Source: Ylistrum balloti
Taxonomy: Eukaryota
Direction: 5' to 3'
Assembly: GCF_031769215.1 (NCBI RefSeq)
Contig: NW_026781958.1
Coordinates: 496,001-560,000, forward strand
DNA length: 64,000 nt
Below the pieces are notes generated by a model. It was given only the letters and a program-made list of their open reading frames with translations. It was not told the DNA's origin and did no database searches. Below are positions 1-14,188 of the stretch, one piece after another (the first letter of the stretch is position 1; each line of letters begins with the position of its first letter). The position numbers were made by a program, and so were the translations under genes.

Positions 1-334
1 TTCAGAATAAATCTGTCTTGACGTCTGTCACTTTTAGAGCTGATGCCTACATTTTTCGAAAACATCTTGATCTTCTCAATGTTTGATTTTGTTTAAGAAA
101 ATGATATAAATCTCAAACGCACCAAAAAGACATGTTGATCTTATTTTCTCTTTTATTTATCTATTTATTTATGTATTACCGTTTGACGAAATATGGAAAA
201 TCAATGTTGAGTTTTCGTGTAAAAAGCAAAACGTGTCGGTCGTCTGTTTAGAATACGAGAAAGGTGTCAAAAAAATCTGCTACTGGAAAATGTTCAAGTA
301 CAATGTCGATCACGTTTCCTCAAATTATACAAGG

Positions 335-2975
335 TATATCTAACAGGTAAATAGGATATATCTAACAGGTAAATAGGATATATCTAACAGGTAAATAGGA
401 TATATCTAACAGGTAAATAGGATATATCTAACAGGTAAATAGGATATAGCTAACAGGTAAATAGGTTATATCTAACAGGTAAATAGGATATATCTAACAG
501 GTAAATAGGATATATCTAACAGGTAAATAGGATATATAATGTGTAAAACACGTCATATGTAATATATATCTTATAAGATATATAATGTGTAAAACACCTC
601 CTATGTAATATACATATATATCTTATAAGATATATATTGTGTAAAACACGTCGTATATAATATACATATATATCTAACAGGTAAATAGGATATATAATGT
701 GTAAAACACCTCATATGTAATATACATATATATCTAACAGGTAAATAGGATATATAATGTGTAAAACACGTCATATGTAATATACATATATATCTTATAA
801 GATATATAATGTGTAAAACACCTCCTATGTAATATACATATATATCTTATAAGATATATATTGTGTAAAACACGTCGTATATAATATACATATAAATCTA
901 ACAGGTAAATAGGATATATAATGTGTAAAACACCTCATATGTAATATACATATATATCTAACAGGTAAATAGGATATATCATGTGTAAAACACCTCATAT
1001 GTAATATACATATATATCTAACAGGTAAATAGGATATATAATGTGTAAATCACCTCATATGTAATATACATATATTGCTTACAGGTAAATAGGATATATC
1101 ATGTGTAAAACACCTCATATGTAATATACATATATATCTAACAGGTAAATAGGATATATAATGTGTAAAACACGTCGTATATAATATACATATATATCTA
1201 ACAGGTAAATAGGATATATAATGTGTAATACACCTCATATGTAATATACATATATATCTAACAGGTAAATAGGATATATCATGTGTAAAACACCTCATAT
1301 GTAATATACATATATATCTAACAGGTAAATAGGATATATAATGTGTAAAACACGTCATATGTAATATACATATATATCTAACAGGTAAATAGGATATATC
1401 ATGTGTAAAACACCTCATATGTAATATACATATATATCTAACAGGTAAATAGGATATATAATGTGTAAAACACCTCATATGTAATATTCATATATATCTA
1501 ACTGGTAAATAGGATATATCATGTGTAAAACACCTCATATGTAATATACATATATATCTAACAGGTAAATAGGATATATAATGTGTAAAACACGTCATAT
1601 GTAATATACATATATATCTAACAGGTAAATAGGATATATCATGTGTAAAACACCTCATATGTAATATACATATATATCTAACAGGTAAATAGGATATATA
1701 ATGTGTAAAACACCTCATATGTAATATACATATATATCTAACAGGTAAATAGGATATATCATGTGTAAAACACCTCATATGTAATATACATATATATCTA
1801 ACAGGTAAATAGGATATATAATGTGTAAATCACCTCATATGTAATATACATATATTCTAACAGGTAAATAGGATATAGCTAACAGGTAAATAGGTTATAT
1901 CTAACAGGTAAACAGGATATATCATGTGTAAAACACCTCATATGTAATATACATATATATCTAACAGGTAAACAGGATATATCATGTGTAAAACACCTCA
2001 TATGTAATATACATATATATCTAACAGGTAAATAGGATATATAATGTGTAAAACACCTCATATGTAATATACATATATATCTAACAGGTAAATAGGATAT
2101 ATCATGTGTAAAACACCTCATATGTAATATACATATATATCTAACAGGTAAATAGGATATATCATGTGTAAAACACCTCATATGTACTATACATATATAT
2201 CTTATAAGATATATAATGTGTAAAACACGTCATATGTAATATACATATATACCTTATAAGATATATATTGTGTAAAACACCTCCTATGTAATATACATAT
2301 ATATCTTATAAGATATATATTGTGTAAAACACCTCATATGTAATATACATATATATCTAACAGGTAAACAGGATATATCATGTGTAAAACACCTCATATG
2401 TAATATACATATATATCTAACAGGTAAATAGGATATATAATGTGTAAAACACCTCATATGTAATATACATATATATCTAACAGGTAAATAGGATATATCA
2501 TGTGTAAAACACCTCATATGTAATATACATATATATCTAACAGGTAAATAGGATATATCATGTGTAAAACACCTCATATGTACTATACATATATATCTTA
2601 TAAGATATATAATGTGTAAAACACGTCATATGTAATATACATATATACCTTATAAGATATATATTGTGTAAAACACCTCCTATGTAATATACATATATAT
2701 CTTATAAGATATATATTGTGTAAAACACCTCCTATGTAATATACATATATATCTTATAAGATATATATTGTGTAAAACACCTCATATGTAATATACATAT
2801 ATATCTTATAAGATATATATTGTGTAAAACACCTCATATGTAATATACATATATATCTTATAAGATATATAATGTGTAAAACACCTCATATGTAATATAC
2901 ATATATACCTTATAAGATATATATTGTGTAAAACACCTCCTATGTAATATACATATATATCTTATAAGATATATA
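335..2975. repeat. Composite AT-rich satellite: 23-bp monomer run, then 60-bp (23+37) and 52-bp derived units
   Basis: (TATATCTAACAGGTAAATAGGAT)n at 335-540; 60-bp unit visible as vertically aligned columns at 901-1800; 52-bp unit CTTATAAGATATATATTGTGTAAAACACC... at 2701/2753. ORFs 1050-2577 are translations of this repeat. Confidence 0.97.
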
Positions 2976-3337
2976 CTGAATGAAATTCCATGGCATCGAA
3001 AACGAAAACTTAATTCTCCAAAGAATAATCCAGAGAGTTTCCGAATATGCGCTCGATGACAGAGACCCTCTGTTCAACGATGTCGAGAAAATGTCGAGAT
3101 AACAAAACAGTACCTTAACAAGGATCATTGTTCTTAAGAACGTATTGTTGGTCTTATGAAACAATGAGAACACTCTCTCATTGTGTTGAAAGGTCAACAT
3201 GATTTGTCCACACACGTTTGACACATTTGCTAGTGTTCGAGAACGTGTACAAAGTCTGGTCCCTTTCTCTTATACAAGACGGGACATCACATAAAATATG
3301 TCATAAAGTATACGATATTTTCAGTATAAAACCAATT

Positions 3338-3408
3338 GAGATATCTGACATATCACATGAGATATCTGACATACCACATGAGATATCTGATAAAGCACCA
3401 GATATCTT
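3338..3408. repeat. Short tandem repeat, 21-bp unit x~3 (GAGATATCTGACATATCACAT)
   Basis: GAGATATCTGA recurs at 3338, 3359 and 3380. Confidence 0.85.
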
Positions 3409-3459
3409 ACAAAGCCCATGATGTATATTATATAGCACATGTGATATTTTATAAATGCT

Positions 3460-3530
3460 TTAGATGAACCTCTCGTATGTTGTTCAGTGAGGTAACCACC
3501 AGCTTTATCAACGAGACTCCGCCTCAGAAT
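3460..3530 (+). mobile_element. Fragment of the same SINE-like family as 58389-58620
   Basis: ATGAACCTCTCGTATGTTGTTCAGTGAGGTAACCACCAGCT aligns by eye with ATGGTCCTCCTGTATGTTGTTTAATGAGGTAGCCACCAGCT at ~58540. Confidence 0.55.
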
Positions 3531-4625
3531 GACATTTGATGTTGACAGAGAAGTAAGCCCAATAAACCTGCGTCTTTTAAGGCTGTATATATGTAGGCAT
3601 CCGCCTTCGCCCATTGATAGGACCTCTGTTAAAGACGGAAGACTGAAACTTGGGGAAGTTTTCTTTCATTTTGAGAAGTATTTATACGTAAGAAGTATGC
3701 TTTCTGTTGCCAGTTATTTTAAATTATAGTCACGCAGTTGGGTTCTACCAAATAACTGTAAGATTATCATTTTAACTACGATCTTATGCGAAATACTAGT
3801 AGAATATTATATATATTTTATTATATAATGCTTTTTTCCATTAAACGGTCATCTTTTTCTCATTATTTTGGTAAGTTTTGGAAACTTTCGGCTCGGAACA
3901 TGTTTGGTCGAATCCCAGATTTCTCAACGGGTGTCATTAGTCGCGTTTTCTAAGGAAGTTTTTGTGTAGAAAACCCTTTGTTAATTCTCCGTGGGAATAA
4001 TGCCACAGACTGGCACAGTATATACATATATACAAGGCAAATATTTCGATTAATTTGATTTTCATTTGTCAATATTGATCCTCCTGCGCGAAAAGTTCAT
4101 CCTTAGTGCCCCCGTAGACGAAATCACAGACTACAAATATGCACACAACTAAGAACAGTCCATTCACACCAGAGGGGAAACGTCTGGCTGCTTTACACCA
4201 CTTTTTCAACATCTAACTGATGTTACTATAAAGAATAACTGAAAACGAATAGATCTACAGTTAGCATGAATTTTTAGCGATATAAAAGTATGTACAACGT
4301 CTGTGTTATTGATTAATTAAAACTGATAGAGAACTTGTGTAACCTTACTCAATGGACTTATCTGTTGCTGGCTGAACCAATGACTGAGTTGTATACCCAT
4401 TCAGCTGATTGTTAGCCTGTCTACTGAACACATTGTACGGGATAGTCGTACACACAGTAACTCCTAATCTGAGCGAGCAGACGACACACCACGATGTAGG
4501 GAACACAGGGAGCAAGTGAATAGTAGGAGTTTTCCCAAGTCCAGTATCATAGATAATAATTTATTTTTCTCCATTTCAAAGTTGGACAGACTGAGAAAAG
4601 CTGATGTGTTTACATTAGTTTCGAC

Positions 4626-4860
4626 ATGGATGGAAACTATTATACCGCAGTATTTCTACTGTGGATTAATTTCTTCCTTAGGAGAGAGGGTCAGTGTTAC
4701 GACTTGCCACAGTTAGTGCCGTGTCCATCAGAGTGTGACGTCACCAAATGTTCAGTTGTCCAGTACTGTACGGGAACAATCGTCAAAGATGCTTGTGGCT
4801 GCTGTCCGACATGTTCTTCAGACATGTGGATCCATCCTAAATACCCAATAATCAAAAAAG
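4626..4860 (+). CDS. Exon 1 of secreted IGFBP-related/follistatin-Kazal protein (signal peptide + IGFBP N-terminal Cys motif)
   Basis: MDGNYYTAVFLLWINFFLRREGQC (hydrophobic leader), then CPSECDVTKCSVVQYCTGTIVKDACGCCPTC containing the IGFBP-type CGCCxxC motif; phase-1 donor AAAAAG|GTAATT at 4860/4861. Confidence 0.88.
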
Positions 4861-6474
4861 GTAATTATTATTTATTAATTATTTGAAATATATATATATA
4901 TATATTGATCTTTACTATTTACTTTCTACTTCAATAAGTGTATTAAATATTCGTGTGATGAATTCCGGGTACATTTGTACCATATCTTACTGTCTTTTCA
5001 AATTTACATGGACAGATAGGACGCTTTAATGATGCGTGTGTCATCAAATATGATTAAACGTTGCTTTTTTCATAAAATTTTAGTTTTTCATCTCGACGTG
5101 TCATCTTCAGTTATTCAGCATATAAACTTCGTCATGGCTATTATTAGATACAGAACTGAAATATTTCGGCTTACTTTGCAAAATGGTCTCGTTCCCATGT
5201 AGATCTTACTTCAGATGAAACAGTCTAGGACAAAACGATGTGAACATTTTATGATATAAGTTATCAGTAAATTAAATCCTGTACCCTTCAACGAAGACTG
5301 GACAAGAATTTCATCACTCCATTCACAATACAAATTTAATATGACATTTAAAGTCTAATGAGACAATGCTCACAATAGGACGACCCCTTAGCAAGCGTGT
5401 AATTAGCGATCAAATAGGATCTACAGATAAACTGTGTATCGCCAAGCTGTTTCATACATAAAAAAAATATTCAAAGACGCAAAATTGGTAGACAGACATT
5501 GAAACTTTTTCTTTCTATTCAAGTTGTTTATAAGTTTTGAATTCGCGAACATATTATGAGCTGTCAGATATATACACATTTCAGTGTATGTAAATTTAAA
5601 TATGTCATTTAACACTCAATTAACCAATCAATCTGTCAATAAATTAATTTAATTATTCAATTAAGCTATGCATTTCTTTCCTTTCTTGAGTTGTAGGAAA
5701 GATCAGATAAATCGTAAGTTGATGAAGACAGTACACATATATAATGGGGTGTCGTTTGAAAGTCAATTTTATGACGTATATCTAAAATCGCACCAAGACC
5801 CACCTTCAGACACAAGTAGCTCTGTTATATATGTGTGTGTGAGTTTACAGTCCTAACTGGCTCGAGGCTTGCATAGACTTAACACGGAAAATACCTTCTC
5901 AGTCCAGTGTGACGTAATCTTCAATGGGCATTCATAGGAATTAACTATACATGCCTTCACTCAAAGGGACAAAGTCGTAAACGATTTAACATGTATACGA
6001 GGATATATATAAGTGTAAAAGGCGTTTTGCTTTGTCACTGAAGTATTCCCAGCCTAATGAGAGCTTTAAATTATGCAGAAGTTGTAAATCCTAAAGTGTA
6101 TACCGTGGGAGTACATAGTCTGACACAAAACGCTCGAGTTGTGTCTGAAAGGCATTTATTATCATACTATTATATACCTATGAAGGAAATATTCGAATGC
6201 TTGGTTAACTTTAAGGTATGTCGGTAGAAATGTTCGATAAATTATTCACAGATGAATCAAAGGGGGAAAAAGACGTTTTATCTTGCCATCTTTCCATAGT
6301 GATGTAAATTATCTGTAAGTATTGGAAAGTTGAATCTTTAACGCAAGGGGAAAAATGACTGATTTAAGTGCGGCCTGACTAATCTTTAGGTTGTGTCTGA
6401 TATCGGTCGACTTTCGTCTAGGTCTAGTCTGTCTTCGACCTGACCACAAGTTCATATATCATAACTATACTCGT

Positions 6475-6560
6475 CCTCCTCTCATTCTCCTCTCCTCGTC
6501 GTTCTCCTCCTCTCCTCAATTTGCCCCCTCCCCCCAACCTCTGTCGTCGTCCTTCCGTCC
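6475..6560. repeat. Pyrimidine-rich low-complexity (CCT/TCC) tract in intron
   Basis: CGTCCTCCTCTCATTCTCCTCTCCTCGTCGTTCTCCTCCTCTCCTC... Confidence 0.7.
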
Positions 6561-6649
6561 GCATCGCCCATGGACTCCTGGTACATAATAATGATACATG
6601 TTTATTCGTATACATCCTACCTACAAGAGGCCATCAATCTCCTACAAAC

Positions 6650-6752
6650 ATACAGGCAAGCAATGAACAACACGCGTGTTCATATCCTAATGAATTACAT
6701 TAATGGGCCGACAGGCAATGAACAACGCGCGTGTCCATATCCCAATGAATTA
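6650..6752. repeat. Imperfect local duplication (~58 bp spacing)
   Basis: ACAGGC..AATGAACAACACGCGTGTTCATATCCTAATGAATTA repeated as ACAGGCAATGAACAACGCGCGTGTCCATATCCCAATGAATTA. Confidence 0.75.
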
Positions 6753-7009
6753 TAGCTACACTACGTAGACGTAGCATACCCACACGTAATAATCTGGCTT
6801 TGTACCAAACAGTGACAAACTTAGAATCATGGACATTTCCATTTGTATGGCAGTGTCTCTAAATAAACTAGCCAGGAAGAAGTGTGAATCATTGTACCAT
6901 AAATGACATTCATCACGCGACCAATATTACGTCGTTAGTGTGATCGCTGAAGAGACAACAATATAAAACATCGCACTGCCTCGTGTTGGCAAAAGTGCGC
7001 AATCAACAT

Positions 7010-7260
7010 GGCAACATAATCATGATTTAAACTCAAATTCTATAAAACTATGGTAAAAAATGAACAAAAGAAAGATTTACAAGGAGGCTCCTGAAAAAGT
7101 ACAAGGAAAATAAGACCAGGTGCTCCGGAAGAGTAAACGTCTTCCACTTCATTGACGACACACGCCATGTAAAAACCTTGGGTCGATCGAAGTAAGTAAT
7201 GTCACCTTCTCAAATGAGAGCAAGGTATAAACCGAACCAACAGGTAAACTAACGAGCAAT
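7010..7260 (+). mobile_element. Dispersed repeat family copy A (core TAAGACCAGGTGYTCCGGAAGAGTAA)
   Basis: Core at 7111; related cores at 25937, 27767 and (reverse) ~30970-31010. Family identity not assigned. Confidence 0.7.
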
Positions 7261-10200
7261 TCCAGTACGACATCTCTCCAACTCCCAACTAATAACTGAG
7301 AGGGACGAAACAGTTTCTTGCTGCAGATTTTTGGTCTAAATTTGTATCAATAGACGCTAAATCTCCCCGTTAGTCCATCTTTGATATATGGTTAACATTA
7401 GTAAAATCTGAACACATAATTAAGGGTGTAATTTAATAAGATTTTGTTTTGAATGATGGGGACATGAACTGTATAGTGTCATCAACCATCATGTACAAAC
7501 ATGACATAATGCTACACGGTTACAAAAAATAAATAGTCGTCCGACCAATCAATTAATTAGTCAATCAATTAATCAAACATCTTGAATCAATTGATTAGAT
7601 TACAGATAATTCTGAAATTCGACAATTTTGCGTGATGATTCCAACTATTAAAGTACACGTATTCCTCGATTTCCCGAAATAAGTATTTACGAGTGTAACG
7701 TAGTATATGATGTTAATATCAACACACGAGGATAATGCTTGTCCGAAGAACACAAAATTGATTACCAGGTGGAATTGAGATACGAGTGTTCACATTTTTA
7801 CAAATGCGCGGAGAATAAATCAACGGCATTTTAAAAAAGTTTGAAATACATGGAGATGTATGCACACAGGTAAAGATATTGGGGCAACAAAGTCGTTTGA
7901 AGTATCCGAGTGAAGAAAGAAGGAAAGAAAATATATCCTGTGAAGTGCGTACTTCTTAGTCTAATCGCACGTGTCTTTAAATGTACGTAATTGATATTTA
8001 ACGCATTAAAACGGATTTAATGGACATAAAATGGTAGTTACACGAAGGTAATGTGAACGTTAAACATCGGACGAGGGGATCTGTTAGTGGAGTTTCTGAC
8101 CTCACACATCGGCAAAGTTTAAATAGTTTTATCGGTTGAAAACTTTCATCTCCCAGAAATATTGTCTATATTAATTACACAAAATCTTGAATATGGTGAT
8201 CGCAGTCTCAATTAACTGATTTTCTGAGGAACAACCTTCTCCTCGGTTTACTGTATAACGTTCTCGTCTAAATGTCAAGATTTTTTTTCTAGTAAGCAAA
8301 TAAAAATTTTCACGTTTTATTCATTTTTAAATCCACAGAATTTCAACTTAAATAGTCAGTATGAATGTACTTACCAGGAAGTATTTTAAGAGATTTCCGC
8401 TAATGATAGGTCGGTTTTAAACACTTAACTTCCGCGAAAGCTCTCTAAAATTCTCTATGTATGTAAGGACATATGCTTTTCCTTTTTTATACAAACATGT
8501 ATCATATTTGTTAATAAGATAAAGCACGTGACATTCAGTTTCGGATAAAGCAACGTTTATGGTTGTTATGGTGACCGATCATATTATCCTTACGTGATCC
8601 AGGTTTGAGTATTGCCACATTTTAAACTTTCGGTAAATAATTTATTCTATTGAATAAGACAGTTTATATCATAAGCGTTAATATATACACCGGCGGATTT
8701 TATCGCTGTGTGGTAGATTTCACCAGGGACGTATAATAAAGACTTCAGTCTGTAAATATACATAACGAGTGATCAATCTTTAGTATATTTTTATCAGTCT
8801 CCCACATGGTAAAATGTAAGTATTTCCAGAAATTCTATGAGTCATAAAAAAGTCCTAAGAGTACATGAACATAGCTCGGGACTTGCATTTAAATTTACCA
8901 CTTCATAAGACATCTAATATTGTCTGTATTGTACGTCCCTGGTTTCGCAGACATCGGACAAGGTTGTCATGTTTCCTTATTAAAGCGAACACTTAAAAGT
9001 ATTGATGAAGGATGATGAGTTCTACAGTCTACCGAAATGATGCCAAATATATATATAAAGCTGCCGCTGATTAAAAAAAATCGAGACAGAACTCCAATTT
9101 TCGTAAAGGATATTTGTAAGCAAAGAATTAATCGCAATACAGGAAAAACTCACTTAAAGGAAGAATTTGTAAAAATATGGGACGTCGAGTGTGTAAGCCA
9201 GTAGGGAAGTTGTAGGAGATCGTCTTATCTGCTAATTCCCCATTTCGTCGGGATATATAAACCATGTCAGTACATTAAGGTCATATCAGTTTTATAGCCT
9301 ACAAAGTATAGACGGTGTCAGTCTACTGTGTCTGTTTCAGGGTTACCGCTCATCGTGCTCTCGACGTTTCTTTCACACGTGCCAACAACGCTCTCTACTA
9401 ATATTGAATATACCTAGTTGTCATTTACTTTAGTTGAAGCATATTTTATAGCTTAGAGAAAGACAATAGGACTGGACACAAGTTAGTACAGCATTATTAA
9501 CGCACTGCCCAGTGACACATATTTCATCTATACATTAAGATTGGCCTTGGTGGTTGAATTTCATGATTGATGATTTAAACATATTTATTGCCCCAAAATT
9601 GAGCTGAGGACTAGGCACAAGTTATTTCAACTTATGATCGCCTTTTCCTCTAATACAATACATGATAATATTTATATGATAACATTAACAAGGCATACAA
9701 TTTCATGCATGTGCAACTAAAAAAAGAAGACGAAAGTGAGATAGAGAGGGTACGAGAGAAATCAAGATCGAGAGAGATAAAATATTTCACAAATGTACAA
9801 ATAATATGATTTTTTTATGAAACCAACCTCGACTTGTCTTTATAAATCTGTTGTCGTTGCATGTTACCTGGAAATCTTATTCTCTGACTCAGTATATCGA
9901 TATAAGTAAATAGAATATTCTTGTATCAAAGCAGTTTAAATCTCTTGGCGTTGGTATCACATGTTTAAGAAAATTAAGAAATTTCGTTTAAAAATATATA
10001 TTTATGCAATAACAACCGTTTCCCAGATTACTAAGATGAGACGAAGATTTCTTGCAACAACTGGTTTCATTTTTTAATTCGGATTTCTTTCAGTTCACAA
10101 AACATTATCTTTTGTCAATTCATTGGAGTCACTTATATCATAAGGTTGTCGAAATGATAGGATAGGACATAAGAAATTGTTCCTCGTTTTCTCAGTTGTG

Positions 10201-13200
10201 TCTCCACGTTCATCTTGAATTAGTAGGCGATACGGATAGGATGTGATCGGGAATCGTCTAATCGTGTCCAAGGTAGGACATTTCTGTGTGATGACACTAT
10301 AAAAGAAACCTATAATAGCCCCAGCATTGGGTGTTGTAAGTATCTGAGTATGTCTTATCTGGAGACTGATGAACACGAAATTTATACTCGGATACTTGTC
10401 AAGATTTAACTTAAAAAATATAACGTATGCTGTTTTCCAGCACAAATTTAAGTTATAATTGCCAATTCATCATCTGATGCAGTCAATCGGAGTTTTACCC
10501 CGAAACTAACAAAAAGGACAGGGGTTGGAGATTAGAAATTAGGGAGGATTCAAATCTTCGTACGCCCCACAATACGTGTATTGTAAGAGAAGAAGAATCG
10601 CACCAGATTCTGGTCTAGACTGAAAAATCAAGCTTGCTACTCATTCTCATAACAGGCGTGCCTTCCAAAGCGACAGGTGGTTTGATGAAGATAACGTCGT
10701 TATCCAATTTGCTGTCGTAATTAAACTCTTTCGGTTAGTTGACCTTGCTAATTTGCTGATAAACGATTACACCTCGTTTTAACAAACACAGATTTAAAGT
10801 TTTACAGATTTCTAGTCAAAGTTTAAAACAACTCAACAGCCACTCCCTTTTTTAAGTTTGAAAAAAAAACTTGCTAATTTTGTTAAACGGATTTGTCCCT
10901 CCCTCGCCTTTATCGAGATCCCATCAGTCACATCTTCACAAACATTCAACTCTGGTCGGAAGTCCATATCTCTGGCCCGGTATTTTCCCTCTGTCCGTTT
11001 AGTGCGATGATAACTTTTTTGACCTGCCCCGGCTCGTTACCCTCCCCCGTAATAAAAACAAGCACGAATTACCCCTCCCTTCCCTTTAACCCCTGCTCTT
11101 TAATCGTGATTTGTATCAATTTTTTATCAATTTATCTCGAATGGATAGTCACGATTAGGAATAATAACCGACTGAAGCAGATAACAAGATGAATTTTCTT
11201 CAGTTTTGTCCTTGTTCGGAACTCCTCGAAACTGATTCTCACAGGGCATTGACAACTTACGTCAAATTATGTGCAGCGTTTCACATCAAAATGCAAATTA
11301 TACAATCATTTAGAAAATTATATTTGGTTTGTAGTCACTTAATTATAGCATTTAGTTGGTTGTGATCTATTTTGGGAAGACTAATGACGGTTTAAAATGT
11401 CTGACAATATAATATAAAACTAGCGATGCTTTTTAACTAGGATTAAAGTTGACAGTTTCTGAGACACGAACTGTATATTAAATCATTTAATACGTCATAG
11501 TGACAAAAGATAACGTCAACCAGAACCTACTTCAAAATTACAACCTCGTGTCCATCTAGCCATAAAAAACCGGGTAAAACAAAGCCAGCCTTCTTTTATA
11601 CTGTATCCACATTCGATAACAAGACTTGCCGGGGTATAGGCACGGGGTGTCGCGTTTCGCACAGTGTCACCAACAGTTACTGTATGTAACACGACCAACC
11701 CAGTTAGAGTACTTGTCTGATAGAAGATATGAGAGATCTTATCCTTGTAGGTTTAAAGCGGTGCGTATCCGATATCTGCTAATATTACACACAATTATAC
11801 ATAATAATATCTTTACATTCTATTATACGCAACACTATGGATAGTTGAGCGTTCTAATGAGCAGAGGGTTCGATGGCAATGTTAATTGATTGTAATGATA
11901 TCCTTTAATAAATTAATTGATAAATTGACGTTTGTTGAACTCCTGTCTGAGGATTTAATCTTAAATCAATATATCAATCTATATTTGTATATCAAAACGA
12001 TGTTCTTGAATTGCCAATCCCAGTAAAAGTCTGCCGAACACACCCATCTTCATATATAAATAATGGTTATAATGACTGGCGCACTTAATGTCAGTTAATA
12101 TTACTATACATGTCTCCAGAAATAGATAATGAATTTTGACAAGATTCTTAATAAATATGCTGACAGCAGTATTTATCGTAAATAGCAAATTACGACTGAA
12201 ATTTAATGGTGATGGATTTATTAATAGCAGTTATGTTGTCAAAACGGCTCGTTTGGAGTCGAGATGTATTAAACACTACACGTAAATGGTCCACATTTAG
12301 TTTTTCCTGCCTTCTAGAAATTCTAATGTTAAATTGACGTTTACATAACAGACTTTGAAATGACGTCGGTCTTTACCAATTCAAAGATTCCCTGTTTTCC
12401 ATGAAGACAATTTCAACCAAACCTTTTTTTACTTACTTTAAATCAAACGTAATCAGAAACTGCCACTTATAAAATTCCTTTTAATACGCGTTACAAGCGG
12501 ATGTAACTGTAATTAAGTTTTACTGATACATCTATGTTGCATCATCGACTTCCTTCTGTAATGAGAAGCATGCTAATCAAACGTTTTATTGACCACACCA
12601 GATGCTTGGTAAACCGGAAATAGGTGTTTAGGAACCCCCAAGAGCCCGTTACGCGAAGGAACAATTTTGGTTAGGGAGTATTAATAAGAAAATTTCCACT
12701 GACATACCACAAACTCCTGTGGCTATCGTTCTTAGTGTGCCAGTAGATTTCGACAAGCGTATTGTGTAAACGTTTGACTAGTCATTCTGTAACATGCGTC
12801 CCTAGTCGCTACAAAGTGACGTCTTCAATCAGCGAATACCGTGTATATTAAATGAAAAATGAGAGAGCGTTTGTGAAACTCCAGCAAGACAATTTCTATT
12901 GTAGACTAATTCAATTCGTCTGTTCTCGTTCATTCCCTAACCGTGCGTGATCACAAACGTGATTACAGCGTGATATACCGCCCTGTCTACTGCCAGACTT
13001 CTTTGCGGTAATGGCGATTGATGGTCGTTGTAACTAAATATGTGGGTGATGATAGCTTTATGTCAACGGCTTCTGAAGAGAGTGGATGTTAAATCTTAAT
13101 AAAACAACTTGTGAGGTTATCGTATAACCCTCCTCGCCGGCCTCTGTTACTAAACACGGCCAATAAAATCCTCTCCGAACAGCAGTATCAAGTGGAGCGT

Positions 13201-14188
13201 GTTGGGGAAGCATACAATACTTTTCACAACTTTCTTTCGGAACACTGTACACGAAAATAAATCACGAAAATTTCATGATCTAGCAAAGGATAAAAAGCTT
13301 TTGTTCGTTCTTTTATGTATACTCCAACGTTCCGATCAGATAGTTTCAACCAGCCTCTTCATCTGAAGTCGAAATTTGTCACGATTTTGATAAACAGAAA
13401 TATCTGTGATATAACGTACACTATCGAAATATATCTATCATTTATATGAAATTGTAGCGCATTCTTAAAAGTCAAACAAAAAAACTTTACAACAATGTCT
13501 TGAGTTTATAACCAAATGGTTTAGCCTCCACTAAAGGTTCCACGTACGTTTCTGATTTGGGTTCAAAACGTCTCCCACAATAATTCTGATACCATTGTGC
13601 CGTATTTGGATGTTTGTTATTGTCGTCCATTTAACCGTAGCGCCACGAAGTGCACTAACCTGTCTACATGAAGTGCCTATAGTCTGACTCAGTATATCCT
13701 GCTCATGGCTTGGGAAAGGTGGTCAGATTTCATTTTATATTTGGCAATTTGATTTACTGGTATATGTATTCGGAAAGTGACAATACCGCTGGTTTTTACT
13801 ACAAATTCACATTCAAATTGTCTTCTATATACCTGATAAACGAAATAGTTCAATTTTCAACCAGATTTAATGACACATGACGTCATTCGATTGATTAGAT
13901 TGTCAATTTTTGACATCAATTTTCCCCAAACTACAACACGGAAACTCAGAATTTTATATAAAAAAAAACCCCATTAAAACAAATATTTATCTATTTTTGC
14001 AACGACTAACAAACTGATTTTGCTTGACAACAGACATTACGGTACTCCTGTGTTTCTTCGGAGACTGATAATAATTTCCTTCCAATCAGCTTTAATTTTT
14101 GCATTTCTAAAATTAACCCTTGTTTGATTAAGTTCGATAAAGTTAAAAAGTCTACGGGCGTTCAATTTCATAATTTGTGTATTTTCAG

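Noticed and set aside
1050-2577. Repetitive ORFs MRCFTHDISYLPVRYICILH
   Set aside because: Translation of a 60-bp satellite (multiple of 3); no splice context or unique sequence.
4281-4288. TATAAAAG about 345 bp upstream of the gene 1 ATG
   Set aside because: Common by chance in AT-rich DNA; no TSS evidence.
11673-11688. 16-nt match (AACAGTTACTGTATGT) to the 42-bp satellite unit at 51 kb
   Set aside because: Single short match with no flanking similarity; cannot be distinguished from chance.
13058-13252. ORF with AVRRGFYWP, reminiscent of an LTR-retrotransposon integrase motif
   Set aside because: Single short motif with no supporting integrase residues or LTRs.
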